A stretch of DNA of 59,607 nt, filler included, from Sphacelaria rigidula (Eukaryota), in the NCBI GenBank assembly GCA_964200075.2. It is 6 parts of 6 records of this genome, joined end to end, with 100 filler letters (N's around TTAATTAATTAA, not from the genome) between each part and the next. Parts side by side here need not be neighbours in the genome. Positions count along the whole stretch, not along the records: positions 29,857 to 39,707 come from CAXNAA020007634.1; positions 39,808 to 49,658 come from CAXNAA020007635.1; 4 more parts are not named here. One strand, given 5' to 3'. The position numbers and the translations under genes are program-made. The first letter of the stretch is position 1. Every line of letters begins with the position of its first letter. Positions 36,417-48,233 of this stretch are shown in pieces. The notes below the pieces were generated by a model that saw nothing but the letters and a program-made list of their open reading frames with translations, made no database searches and was not told the DNA's origin.

Positions 36417-37426
36417 GCAGTCCGCGGGCCGCGCATGACACTCAGCCGGAACAAAGGGGTGAGGCTTGACGACGATTGAGCTGAGTGTAAGCTGATGGAA
36501 GAACCCCAGGATCGTTTCTGTACGGCGTTAACATTCTCTACATCGTCGAACCCGGCAGAGCGATCAACAAGACCGGGACTGCTCAAGACGAAGATGGGAT
36601 CGTTCTGCACGGTCTTTGAATTCCCCACGTGGTCTAACCCGGAGGGGTGCTTAATAAGATCGGCAGCGACGCGAAGTGACGACAACATCGACTTGGTCGA
36701 GGAAGTTGAGCATGGTGACGCGACGATCCATCGTCGAACCACGTTCAGTCGGAGGGGTTTTCAACCCTAGACCTGAGGGAGAGTGTTATGGATCGCGGCG
36801 TAGTGGTGGAAGTTCAGTTCGAGGATGAGCCCGCTATTCGGCTAGCAGGGCTTGGAGGGCTGATTACGAGAACAGGAAGTGCCGCGGTCAGGGTGGGAGG
36901 ATGATTGGATCCGTTCGCGACGGCTACAAACATACCTCTTGGCATTCAGTTGGATTAAGATCCTTTTCGGAGCAGAATTCCATACTATTGAGCACCTGGT
37001 ATTAAATGCTCGTAGAAGACTCAGCGAAGCAACGTTTGTTCAAGCTGTCAATATCATCACACGAAAAGAGAAAACCATCGCCTTGAAGCTGTGCTCAAGA
37101 CACTCCTGACGTCAGCGTGAAGTGTTCTGCGTTGGGCTGATCATCCCTGTCGCTGGGTACCATGAGTGCGAACTGACTACTGTTTGTGGCGCAAAAAACA
37201 GTGAGTTCGTACGTATGTATATCAGGTATCCATTGAAATCTAATAAGTGCACGGGATGTGATGAGAGTCATATTTGTGCATTTCTCTTGTGTGGATGATT
37301 ATATATATGTGGAGTCAGTGACGCAAGGGTATACGTGACGAGTGGTCTCTAGATTATTAGTTGATTGCCCGATTCCGGTGTTCGTTGTCTCGCTAGTCGC
37401 GCCTTAGTAACGCTCATGTAGAGTGC

Positions 37427-37540
37427 TACACGGGTGCCCACTGGGGTGCCCGTAACCTCAAATTTGGACGTGACAGATCTTGTGCAACGTCTGTAACGTC
37501 CAAATTTGAGGTTGGAGGCACCCCAGTGGCTACCCGTGTA
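37427..37540. mobile_element. 114-bp hairpin MITE with TA flanks
   Basis: TA-CACGGGT..CCACTGGGGTGCC...AACCTCAAATTTGGACGT / ACGTCCAAATTTGAGGTT...GGCACCCCAGTGG..ACCCGTG-TA. Confidence 0.8.
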
Positions 37541-38405
37541 GACATGCAGCCTTATCTTTCCGTAACAGCACGTCAAACAAGCCCGCACATAGCTTTCGTT
37601 GCTCTACTGACTACCAGTACAACCACCGTAGAACCGGCTTTTACAATCCTTGTACAGATACGAATGTTGGAGAATCGAGTCTGTTTTTATATGTCATCAT
37701 GGGAATCGAGAAGCCTGAAAAGAGTGTCTACTGTTTATTTATCTTTATGATTTTTAATTCAAAGAAAATTGAGAAACTGGTGAATAATTGAGATTGCTAT
37801 CCCGAGATTGAGTTTTCTATCTGGTATACTGACTGACGAAAGTGATTTTTGAAACGAAGCATCGGAGAATTACGAAGAAATGAAGTTCTGCAGGATTTGA
37901 TTTTTTCGATTGCTAAAGTAGAAGAGTTTGCGAAGTCTGTGTGTGGTTGGAGATGATTATTTTTCTCGCGGGATTGAGTTTTTATTATCAGTTCTTAATG
38001 TTGGATTCATGTTTGACGAACGTGCAATGATTGTATCCGTTCCGAGGATGAGGCATTTGATATCCAATATGAATTTTCATTACTTGAGCCGAGAGTAGAT
38101 TCGATTAGGGCGTACAGAGTTTTCTTCGAATGAACTTCCGCGTTTTCCCATCTGTAAAGCGTTTTATCTACACACCTTTCTATTTCAAACATGACCCTGT
38201 TCTTCTCAGTTCGATTCTACACTAATCGCATTACGCAAATCCCAGAATAGTTTGACATAGCTGTTCAACAGTTTCTTCGAACGTTTGACCGAACCCAAAG
38301 CGAGCACTTTCCCGCGGCTTTCGAGAGCCATTTTGGTCCGATGAAATAAGATGAAAAAAACATAACTGTTCAATCGTACGAGGATTGTAAAATTCGGTTC
38401 TACGG

Positions 38406-39251
38406 TTGTTGTGCAGGCATTCGGTACAGCAACGAAAGCTGTGCTCGGGCTTGTTTGACGTACTGCCCACTACGCTGCTTGAAAGTTGCCGCAGGCGGGA
38501 CGGACCCATGAGGGATGCAACCATGCTCGACCATACCCGAATCGAGCGGCCAACGTTCGCCCCCACGCTGGATGTCTACATGGACACGTTTACCTACAAC
38601 TTCTCGCCCGACGAAGAGCCCGAAGAGCGCCAAGCTTCCGGGCCGCCGTCTCAGACCAGAGCGGCACCGGCCATGCCAGGTCTGCAAGACATCGCAACGG
38701 ACACGCCAGCACCGCCGGCACCGCCACCGGTGACAGGAACAGCTGCCGTCCCTCCAGGGACGTCCCTATCACAGGGACATACCCGGCACAGGGACGTCCC
38801 TACAGGGACGGTCGCCGCGGCGGCGGCGAAAAAGCCGGTGACGAAGGCGGCCAAGGCGGCCAAGGCCAAGGCCACGAACCCGCCGCTGCTGGCCAAGAAG
38901 GTGCCAAGAGACAAACATAGCGCGTCAATCTCCGCTGCCGCCGCCGCAGCCAGAGGGCTGGGCATGACGCCGTCCAGACCCACCGACACCGGCGCGAGAT
39001 CCGACTCCTCTGCCCCCGTCCAGCACCCACCGCAGGAGGAGGACGACCTCGGCGACCTGGCCTGTACCCCCCAGGATGGAAAGCAGGCGGGTTCGGCGGA
39101 GCCTCTCACCTCCCCTCGGGGTTTCGAAGTCCACGACGGAACCCGTACGAGTTTCCGGCAAAATAAGAAAAATAAGGGGGAGGAGAGCGCGAGTGCCGGC
39201 GGCGAGTGTGCAGGCCAAGCAGCCGAGGAGCAGCCCGGGGAGGAAGGGTAG
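38406..39251 (+). CDS. Unidentified Pro/Ala/Lys-rich ORF, probably an exon or transposon remnant
   Basis: 281 open codons with GC-rich third positions against an AT-rich flank; no recognisable domain. Confidence 0.4.
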   Translation: MLCRHSVQQRKLCSGLFDVLPTTLLESCRRRDGPMRDATMLDHTRIERPTFAPTLDVYMDTFTYNFSPDEEPEERQASGPPSQTRAAPAMPGLQDIATDTPAPPAPPPVTGTAAVPPGTSLSQGHTRHRDVPTGTVAAAAAKKPVTKAAKAAKAKATNPPLLAKKVPRDKHSASISAAAAAARGLGMTPSRPTDTGARSDSSAPVQHPPQEEDDLGDLACTPQDGKQAGSAEPLTSPRGFEVHDGTRTSFRQNKKNKGEESASAGGECAGQAAEEQPGEEG

Positions 39252-39548
39252 ATGACCCGTAGGTACATACCTACAGGGACGTACCTACAGGGACGTGTAG
39301 TAACAGTCAGGTCACCGCCAGTGGTATCTTCTTTTACTCCGCATGCCAACAAGACCTCCATGATGAGCGTTTGACTTCACACACATCTCGCGCCCAACTG
39401 GGATTCGCAAGACTCTTGTCCTTGTGGTGTACACATAGATGCAGAGGTCGGGTAAAATCAACGATGTTAATAACATCCCCCAAGCTGCGATTGGATCTTA
39501 TTGCCGCAACCGTCCTTGCTGGTGTGTGTATGTAACAGAACAGTAGCG

Positions 39549-39705
39549 GTACTCATAATCATGCATGCCATAGTCATACGACCATTGACCTCGCACAACG
39601 CTGGGACGGAGCAAGCCGGGTTTTCCCAGGACCAGGCTCGCACTCAATCACCAAGCGCGAAGCGCCGTGGTGTGTTCGGCGAGTCGCATGAAGGGTGAGC
39701 TGCAT
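39549..39705 (+). repeat. Dispersed ~160-bp repeat family (also 47627-47787 + and 49560-49658 -)
   Basis: gtactcat.atc.tgcatgccata.tcatacgac...gcgcgaagcgccgtggtgtgttcggcgagtcgcatgaagggtgagctgcat is shared. Confidence 0.85.
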
Positions 39706-39707
39706 AC

Positions 39708-39807
39708 NNNNNNNNNNNNNNNNNNNNNNNNNNNNNNNNNNNNNNNNNNNNTTAATTAATTAANNNNNNNNNNNNNNNNNNNNNNNNNNNNNNNNNNNNN
39801 NNNNNNN
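39708..39807. other. Artificial spacer
   Basis: Same design. Confidence 0.97.
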
Positions 39808-40844
39808 CTACGTGGTAAAAATAAATAAAAATAAACCTGGGGTTTGAGCGTAAACAATCCAGTTGTTCTCGCTTTTATCCCTGAGTTCTGTTTTTTTTTC
39901 GAAACCCTCCAATGAATAAATATAATAAATAAAATACTAAAAGAGAAGAAAAAGGAGGAAAGAATAAGGCAGTTCGTGCATGCCAACATTGAGTATCCCC
40001 ATCTGCTCTAGATTGCAAAGCAGTGGATGGCAGCTGTAGAGGTAACGCACTAGTGTAACTTCTTGGAGTTGAAGCATAAGACCTCCCAAATGTCTAACAA
40101 ACCATACCCCGAGTCGTGGCGCGGAGAAATGGCTGAAGGTAGAGGGTACGGTCTGTAGGTCTACACAACTCACGAGCGCGCGGTTACGAACGACGCGTTT
40201 TTCTTACACGACCCATTGCTGCACTGTCCCAAACTGTAATGCCTGCCGCTGTCGACAGTCGACCTGCGGCAGCATCAATCACTCTACACATAACCCGATG
40301 GGACCAGCAGGCGTGCACATGAAAATTGCCCCCGAAAATGGAAACGAGTCGACGCGCATTCTGCGGGGTGAGCTTGATCTGACGCCCTGCGGAAGAGGAG
40401 CCGGAGCAAGTGGAATGGGGTCTGGCGGAAGCACCGAGGAACAAAGATATACTCACCTGATTCGAGTTGATTCTGCATATTACGGCATAGCTCTCGAATA
40501 TGTATCAACAGCAGCGATGACTTCATGTCACCGGATGAACAATAAGAAAGAGAGAATGATCGTGCCTGTACCTACAGGCTCAACACTGCGATGGGTTGAG
40601 ACTCCAAGGCAAGGAAAGCCCGGCAGCGTCGCACTGCTGCTGCGCCACAACCACCCTGTTCCGCTGAATCGAATTTAAAAATAACTCTCAACCAGCATAA
40701 CAAAAACATCGACACCATGATAACCGCTAGCGCGCAGAAAACGCCTTGTCTAGCCCACATCATTCTAAACGTTCTAAGCACACCGCATAGCAGTACAGCA
40801 CATCAGCGCAAGCCTACGCCGTACGGTACAGTAGTCGACGGTAC

Positions 40845-41006
40845 CTGCATAGGAATCATCCCTTGAGAAGCGGGTGGGGTGAACGATACTCCGTAACCTC
40901 CCGTGGAGGACGCCCCATTGTCGGGACCCATTACTCCACCACCACCACCACTAGCGACTGCATTTGATCCTGTATCTTGTTGTCCCGAGTACCACTCGTC
41001 TTCCAT
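40845..41006 (-). CDS. Probable first coding exon of an unidentified gene, divergent from the methyltransferase gene
   Basis: caaatATG start, MEDEWYSGQQDTG...SQGMIPMQ, then CAG|GTACCG; downstream exons not identified. Confidence 0.45.
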
Positions 41007-41450
41007 ATTTGCGTCGCCTCAGCAGCGCAAGAAGACGCCGGAGGGGTTACCTTGTAAGCTCCGACATTCACGGTGATGCCCCTCGAGAATAATGACCAGA
41101 ATGAAATGGTGATTTGGAAAATGACTACCCTCCGCTTTGTCCATCATAGATCATGAATTTTTCTTCTTCCATTATCGTCGTTATGTCTGCCTGTTGCGAG
41201 GCCCGTTGCCCCTTCGGAATTACTTCTACTGTGATTCATGCTATTCCACAAAACAATAAACATATGTCTTAGCTTTATGCCGAGTCGCGCCACATGACTG
41301 TGAAATATGTGAAAGGAAACAAACCAGAGAGGGGAAAAATAATACGAAAATATTCATGGTCAGAAAATATGTTACTTTGGAAAATGACGTATGAAGTGAT
41401 CGTAACTTATATTATTTCGTCGGCTGGGGCAACATAAGCGGGCGCAGAAC

Positions 41451-43520
41451 ATGCGACTCTGTCTACCGCTTGTCCCCTTGGCTTTGGTGTCGCTCTTGGC
41501 GGTGCCAACCCTCGCATTTAATCTAATCGCAATCGCCAACCGTTCACTACGACCGACAAGACATCATGACATGTGCCGGTATCCAACAAGTTCCTCTCTG
41601 TGCGCTGCGGCTCCTGAAATGCCGATAACATCGGCAGCCGAAACAGCGACGGAATCTGTATCCAACGTGACAACGCCCACCGGCCCGTCCACGCGTTACA
41701 CCATTAATATGAGTGTACACCCAGACGTCGAGAGTGTTGCATTGAAGCACGCGGACAGGGATAATATCCGGCGTTTCCTTGAACAACATCCCGTCTCCGA
41801 GCATACGACGGCAGCGTACTCCAGGGCCGTGCGGTTCGTGCGTGAATTTTATCAACAAAGGGAGGTACAGGAACAAGAGCAGCAACAGCAGCGGGAGAAG
41901 CGGGAACAAAAAATAGAGGAAAAAAGTCGGAAAATGGGGGAGCAGGGCCATGGGGAGATGCAAGCGCAATTTGATCAGCATTATGGAAAAAGCGGGAAAG
42001 AGGTGGACCCATCGTCATCGACCGGCAGCAAGAACACACGACCTCGACCTCGGCACAACGTGATCTTGGACTCGGGATGCGGTACCGGTCGTTCGAGTGT
42101 CTGGTTGGCTCGATCTTTCCCACATCTACCAGTCATAGGCGTTGATCGATCCGCTGTGCGTCTTTCGAAAGGAAGAAAAGGTCGCAACGCGCGGCAGCCA
42201 TCGCGACGTGAAGAAATCGAGAGGAGTCGTAGCGATATGAAAGATCGCAATTCCCCCCTTCGTGACAGTTCCGCCGGTCAAGATCCTGACGGGCACGAAA
42301 AATGCGATGGCAGTAGGAATACCAAACGACTACAGCAAAGCGCCGGCAGCAACCATTGCGACAACATCAACGAAGAGCCTGCGGAGAACGATGGGCACGA
42401 CAGTGGCAATGGGAATGGCCTTGAAATGGATGATTCTACCGCGCGGGAGAGAGAGAACGCACGTGCTACTAGTAATGGTAGTCGTGGTGCCCATCGAAAC
42501 GAGCACCCACAGCAGCGTGATTTGCTATTCCAAAATGATGGTGCCGACAGTACATCGTCCCTGCCGACGAACCTTCTGCTGCTGCGAGCGGACTTGGTAG
42601 ATTTCTGGATCCTCGCGGCGAGAGACGACACGTGGAGGGTAGAACAGCACGCTATCCTATACCCAAACCCTTACCCCAAGCGCGCGCAACTGCTCCGACG
42701 GTGGCACGGTCACCCGGTGTTCCCCCTGATCATTGGACTGGGCGGCAGGATAAGTTTACGTTCAAATTGGAAAGCGTATCTCGAAGAGGTCTGCCAGGCA
42801 GTGCTTGCCATCAGCGATGCGGGAGCACGGGGGAAGGTGAAGGGAGGTGAGGAGGTGTCGAAATGTCGAAGAGAGGGAACGATAATGGCACCAGCAAACG
42901 CCTGTGCTTCGACTGCTGTTCCGGAGAAGGGTCATCATAGGAGGTTGGTATCGTCAGAACAGCATAGTAGCGGCGAAACTGGAGAGAAGGCAAGATCTAC
43001 CACTACTGACGTTATTATTGCTGGTGGTGTGGGTGCTGCTGGAATGAAGTCAGGATCGTTCGCAGAAGGAAGTGAAGAATCAAGTGGTGGTGATGGCAGC
43101 CGCGACAACACTGATCATCATGATCCTTACGATATCGCTGCACCGGGGCGACGACGACGAAAACATCAGGAGGACGAAGCTGCTGTGTTGCAGGAGGCAA
43201 GAAAAGGGGGCAGTAAAAAAGGGATAGCGCCAGGTCAGCAGGCCGCGGCGGACTGTGGGGATCAAGCATCACAGCATCAGCAACACCGCTATGATGAAGG
43301 GCGAGGCGTTGGACCGGTGCCCCTAGCTGTCGCTGCCGCTGCCACCGCTTATTCAGAAAGCGCACGAAAGGGACCGGTAGCGTACTCGCCAACCGAATGC
43401 GTAACAAATTTTGAAGAGAAATATCTGGCTGTTGGCGAGGCCATCTATGAACTAGTCTTGGAGCCGCGGACGGACTCAAACGGCATGATTTTGCAGCAGC
43501 GGGTACTGCATGTTCCATGA
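41451..43520 (+). CDS. TrmB-like tRNA (guanine-N7) SAM methyltransferase, organelle (probably plastid) targeted, intronless
   Basis: 689-aa ORF; hydrophobic signal ending TLA-F; ILDSGCGTGRSS, VIGVDRS, NLLLLRADLVDFW, ILYPNPYPK, RRWHGHPVFP, LRSNW..YLEE, TNFEEKY. Confidence 0.82.
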   Translation: MRLCLPLVPLALVSLLAVPTLAFNLIAIANRSLRPTRHHDMCRYPTSSSLCAAAPEMPITSAAETATESVSNVTTPTGPSTRYTINMSVHPDVESVALKHADRDNIRRFLEQHPVSEHTTAAYSRAVRFVREFYQQREVQEQEQQQQREKREQKIEEKSRKMGEQGHGEMQAQFDQHYGKSGKEVDPSSSTGSKNTRPRPRHNVILDSGCGTGRSSVWLARSFPHLPVIGVDRSAVRLSKGRKGRNARQPSRREEIERSRSDMKDRNSPLRDSSAGQDPDGHEKCDGSRNTKRLQQSAGSNHCDNINEEPAENDGHDSGNGNGLEMDDSTARERENARATSNGSRGAHRNEHPQQRDLLFQNDGADSTSSLPTNLLLLRADLVDFWILAARDDTWRVEQHAILYPNPYPKRAQLLRRWHGHPVFPLIIGLGGRISLRSNWKAYLEEVCQAVLAISDAGARGKVKGGEEVSKCRREGTIMAPANACASTAVPEKGHHRRLVSSEQHSSGETGEKARSTTTDVIIAGGVGAAGMKSGSFAEGSEESSGGDGSRDNTDHHDPYDIAAPGRRRRKHQEDEAAVLQEARKGGSKKGIAPGQQAAADCGDQASQHQQHRYDEGRGVGPVPLAVAAAATAYSESARKGPVAYSPTECVTNFEEKYLAVGEAIYELVLEPRTDSNGMILQQRVLHVP

Positions 43521-44978
43521 AAAATATCGGCCGGAAAATCTTCCAGTGGTATTTCGGCAATTTTGGGTGTCCACTCGTGTCTCTACACTTAATTGTCTTC
43601 TCTGTCGAGCGTTCACTTTGGATGCTTATATTTGAATACATACGAGTCAGTCAATGTCATCCGAAAACTGTTGTGAGATGAAACTGTGCCAGGTAGCCTG
43701 CCAATGTATGCATCTAGGTTGGATGGTGATACGGTGCCGCCTGTCCCATGTCCCAACAGTGTGTACCAGCATCCGATCGATCATGTGTGTGAGATGGCTG
43801 CTGTGCGAGTGATACTACGATATCCCCCCCCCCCCGAAAACCAACCTCAAAACTGCCACGAAGAAAATGGCCAGCGCATGATGGCTGGTTTCAGACTGCA
43901 TGGAGCACCTCACATGGGCAATATTGTCATGAACAATCCCCAGCGTTGGAATTCCCAGCTGCTCGGTGTGCTCGGCTTTTGGGTGCTTATTTACATGTAG
44001 ATTGCGCCTCCTCAAAGCAGGCACTCGGGGGACTATCGCGGCATCAGCTATGCGTGTCCTCATAAAAACTGTCTGCCGGTTCTTGCCATCATGCAAACCC
44101 CTTTGTGTCTCTACTTCTCCGACACGTACTTTCCAGGTACTGGATGGCTCTGTTGGATCCTTCTAGCGTGTGGATACATTCAACGTGACGCGTCGTATCC
44201 GCTTCGACCATCACGTTTGTAGAAGAGCACTGGTGATCGGAATTCCGCGTTGCAATGAGCATAGAGCACGCCATGCAGCAGAATCCACAATACCACGTCT
44301 CGCGACAATTTGTTTCCTTTCATGAGGGTCCCTCCTCTGGACCTAGTATCATTTCCGGCTTATTTCTTGGCGCCGCCGAACGTGGCGACCATGGACCATT
44401 CAGCCAAAAAAGGACACCATGTCATCATCAAAAGCTGGAAAGCACTTGTATTCTTTCCACGAAAATTGGCACGCAAGATTCATTTGATTGCGTTCCGGAT
44501 CGGAGGAGCATGCGCATCGTTCTTGCAGATATAATTCGAGATTGCGATGTGATCACGGTATGCGACCCTGTGACAACGTGAGCAGTTGGGATTCTTGCGT
44601 CCAGTAGCACTCATTGGTGCAGTCATTATGACCAATGCACGAATGGTAAAGCTGAGCATACATGGACGCCCAAAATTGGACTACAGTTTATCGCAATCCA
44701 CGGAGAGACTGCCCCGGAACCGAGAACAACCTACGGTTGCCGAAAAGAAGGACATATAAGGATGATATATATGTAGTCTGCTATGAAAAAGAGCTCTAAG
44801 CTCATCGACATAGCTCTGACCAACTCGGATCGACCACTTACAAATGACAGCACTGTGAGAGATCTCTATCTGAAGACGCCGGAGTCCTCCCTGCATCGAC
44901 CGTGCCCTACTCACTACTTGGTCGATTTTCTTCTGAAGGTCCAAAGAAGTGCCCCCGGCGATCGACAACATGTTCCAT

Positions 44979-45308
44979 CTACTTCTTTTTTCCTTTGCCG
45001 CCTTTGCCCTTGGCTTGCTGCTGCTTTACCGACCTCCCGGGATCCTTTTGCGCCTGCTGCTTGTTGGCCTTCTTCTTTGCCTGTGCCATGTGCGTGTATC
45101 GGAGTAGTACACGCGAGACAGCAATGTTGGGGCAACACAAGTCCGCTATTTCACATGTGGCCCGTGGTTGACTAGTTGGCGCATGCCAGCTCTTAATTCG
45201 CATGGGACATGTGGAAAATTAACTGACTATGCCACCGAGAAGAAACGCCGCATGATAGTGACAAAAGTCGTCAAGGAGACTTGCACTCCCAACTGCCCCC
45301 TCCCCGCT

Positions 45309-45354
<46 letters not shown>

Positions 45355-48233
45355 GCACACACGCACACACGCACACACAAAATAACGCAGCACACTAGCG
45401 GCGAGACCAGATGGAAAAAAAAGGATGAAAAACATGTGCACGCATACATGAACTGTGGCATCCTAGACGACGAGAATGTCCACGGTGACATTACCGCACC
45501 TGTGTCGCCTGCGCGAGTCCAGCGACGGATACCTTGACGTCTCCTATAATCGCCTGCACACACTCGTTGTCCGTGACGCCCTTCATCAATGGCTTGTGCG
45601 GGGCCGGGCAGTCCTTCGCCCTGGAAAACACCTCGATCGCCTGCTTGGAAGCCTTGCCCCTCTTCTGCTTACCGGGCGTGAGCTTCACCTTCAGAGAAAC
45701 GAGCAGCGTGGATGGGGAGCGGGGGGCATGTTTCGAGTGCGGTTGAGAAAATATTATTGGGTACAGCTTCACCAGTAGCCAAGCGCGAGCGCGTGAAAAT
45801 ATTGGTAAAAATACAAGGACATACATCACGCCGCGTGTGGCCGGCGAACAAATGGCAGTACACAACGAGTAAGAAAGCACGAGAAAACGCGACTCAACGA
45901 TATCATGAGAGTGTTATTTGCTCAGAAAATGAAAATAAAAAAAGCTACACATACATAGTAAACAAGGCGAAGGAAAGCACCAAAACCTCCACACAAGGTT
46001 AGGTACAGAACGCCAAAATACCACAACGCCACGAACACAGACCCCTACCCACCGAAAACAAGATACAAAAACATCAGGTCTACACGCCAACCCCCCCCAT
46101 CACCGCCAACATAGTTGAAATCCAAACTACAACAAACCAACCTTGTATCGGTAGTCTCGCAAAGATATTTACGGTCAAACGTAATGAGCTCCGGAATGTT
46201 GAAGGTGTCTCTATCAGGAGTAGGAACGGTGCTCCGTCTTGAAGGGGATGCGTGGTCAATGGTCAAACGACTAAGGCGAGCAACAAATGAATACCCCCCC
46301 ATCACCGCCGACGTGATCAAAATTCAGACTACAACAAACCAACCTTGTATCGGTAGTCTCGTAAAGACATATACGGTCCGCAAACGGGCACGGCATACAG
46401 CAGCACGTCCTCGTCCCGCGGCTTCCCTGTCAATCGATCAAGCTCGCTCGCACCAGCAGCACCCAACGCTGCCCCCCCCGCCGCACCGGCTCCCGACCCA
46501 CCCTCCCCATCCCCGTCCAAATCCTCGCCCCCCTCCTCCTCCAGCAGCTTCCGCACCTCTTCCTCTTCTCGCCGTTTCTGTGCCCGCCGACTGAGAGGCT
46601 CCTCCGCCTCACTGCCATCGGCGACGGTGGCGGGTGAGCCGCCTGCTTCCTCCTCTTGAGCGGACGCCGATGGCTCTCGAAGACCATCGACACCTTCTGC
46701 ATGCTCTCCTCGCCTGCCTTCTTCTCCCCCGGGTACAGCCTCTGCTGGTGCTACTACTACTGCCGGGGGAATCAAGTGGGCGCCTTCGTCTTGTTCTTCA
46801 CCGTTATTATCATCATCGACAACAACCACGGCACGGTCCTGAGCCTTCTCCCCTTCTTGTTTGTGCTGCTCTTGCACACCGCCAGCTGCTGCCGCTGCTG
46901 CTAAACTGCTGCCGCCATCCTTGTCATGCCCCGCCCCTTCGCCGCTGTCTCCCCCTGTCGCTATCGCCTCAGGCGGCGGGGAAGGCGGCACTATCGGAGA
47001 GGCTTCCGGCGGCGGTGCCACCTTGCCGCCTACTACTGTCACAATCGATGGGGGGGGCAGCGTGGCTACTCCGTCCGTTTGGGCCGGCAGTTCTGTTGAC
47101 AGCGTAGCGGGTATCGCTGCTGTTGTTGATGTGGCGCCAGCGGCGGCGGTTGAGGCAGAGCCATGCTTGCGCATGATGCCAGCCAAGAAGCCACTGCGGT
47201 TCCTAACCTTACGCAAGTCGGCCTCAGCGAAGCTGCAGAAACGACAAGAAGAAAAATCAAGGTTCAGACACGAGGGTAGGATACGGGGTGAGGGAACGTA
47301 GCGGTGCGGTCAGTTTCTTTTGTTCAACCAACAGTCAGGACTGGGTGGCGGAAGTGTTGATCAAAATATGTCGACAAAAGAAATGAATTTTGATAGTTGC
47401 ACGGTAAAAGAGAAAAGTCAGCGTGAAGCATTTCAGCAGTCAAGGCTGAAGAACTCAATAAATGAACGGCCTAGACGGACACACAAAATCAACCATAATG
47501 CAAACACTGAACGGGTTTTCGTCAACGCCTATACCCACCACAAGATACACCACCAACAATTCAATTTCAACAACACCAACGCGAACATTGCTTAATGCTA
47601 CTACGTTAGTTTAGGAGACGGGGGGTGTACTCATGATCTTGCATGCCATAATCATACGACTAGTAACATCGCACTCCTTCAAAGCCAGGACGGAGCACGC
47701 CGGGCTTTCGCCGGACCAGTCTTTCAATCACCACGCGCGAAGCGCCGTGGTGTGTGTTCGGCGAGTCGCATGAAGGGTGAGCTGCATCCTGCTAGGATTG
47801 TTCGGCCCGAAGCCTACTGATTATCTTGCACTTGGATGACAGCCTCGAATGAGCTGTTTCATTGTCTAGTATCGCCGGTAGACGGGGGGAGAATAGGGGG
47901 GAGAACACACACACACACAAACGCACACATACAGGTGATAACACCACACGACAGTTTGAACCCCCCGATAACAACAGTGCTTTCACGTGTCCACCGAAAC
48001 TCCAACACAGCACAGGCAGGCAGGCGCCTGCCTACAAAAGTCGAAGACCAACTACAAACACTCCTCGCACCGTCCCAGAATATCCATAGCATCAGCCTTG
48101 TCGAACTGCCCGAGTGCTCGAATCTCGAAGGCATCAAGGTCGTCCGGCTGCACCAGCTCCGCCAACCGATCGCGCACGTCTTCCTCCAATGCTGCTAGCG
48201 CTGCCACTCGCTCAGCCTCCATCTTGAGTAGAT
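44979..48233 (-). CDS. NEMF: NEMF/Rqc2 ribosome quality-control factor, last 4 exons (NFACT-C domain), with a NURR-like insert
   Basis: Phase-consistent exons 48233-48071, 47232-46344, 45688-45500, 45080-44979; LDRLTGKP..EDVLLYAVPVCGPY.SLRDYRYK|VKLTPGKQKRGKA is the NFACT-C signature; Lys-rich tail. Confidence 0.88.
45310..45378. repeat. (CA)n microsatellite
   Basis: Direct inspection; intronic. Confidence 0.95.
46177..46300 (+). mobile_element. Poly(C)-tailed LINE fragment with ~85-bp target duplication
   Basis: Family 3' end flanked by diverged direct repeats 46091-46176 and 46294-46378. Confidence 0.85.
47627..47787 (+). repeat. Dispersed ~160-bp repeat in a NEMF intron
   Basis: Matches 39549-39705. 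Confidence 0.85.

Larger units (their letters stand above)
31000..36930 (+). mobile_element. Decayed Ty3/Gypsy LTR retrotransposon (5' end and boundaries approximate)
   Basis: Order RT - RNase H - insert - integrase - GPY/F - chromo/Tudor-like; many stops and frameshifts; purine tract GAGGGAGAG (36775-36783) followed by TG marks the probable 3' LTR; no 5' LTR found. Confidence 0.9.

Noticed and set aside
40845-41006. Assigning the exon to the Yip1/YIPF family
   Set aside because: Only a compositional resemblance; the diagnostic EPPLLEELGI motif is not found in this segment.
46430-47301. Long antisense and alternate-frame ORFs over the NEMF exon (also over 38400-39360 and 41500-43600)
   Set aside because: Shadow ORFs of GC-rich low-complexity coding sequence.
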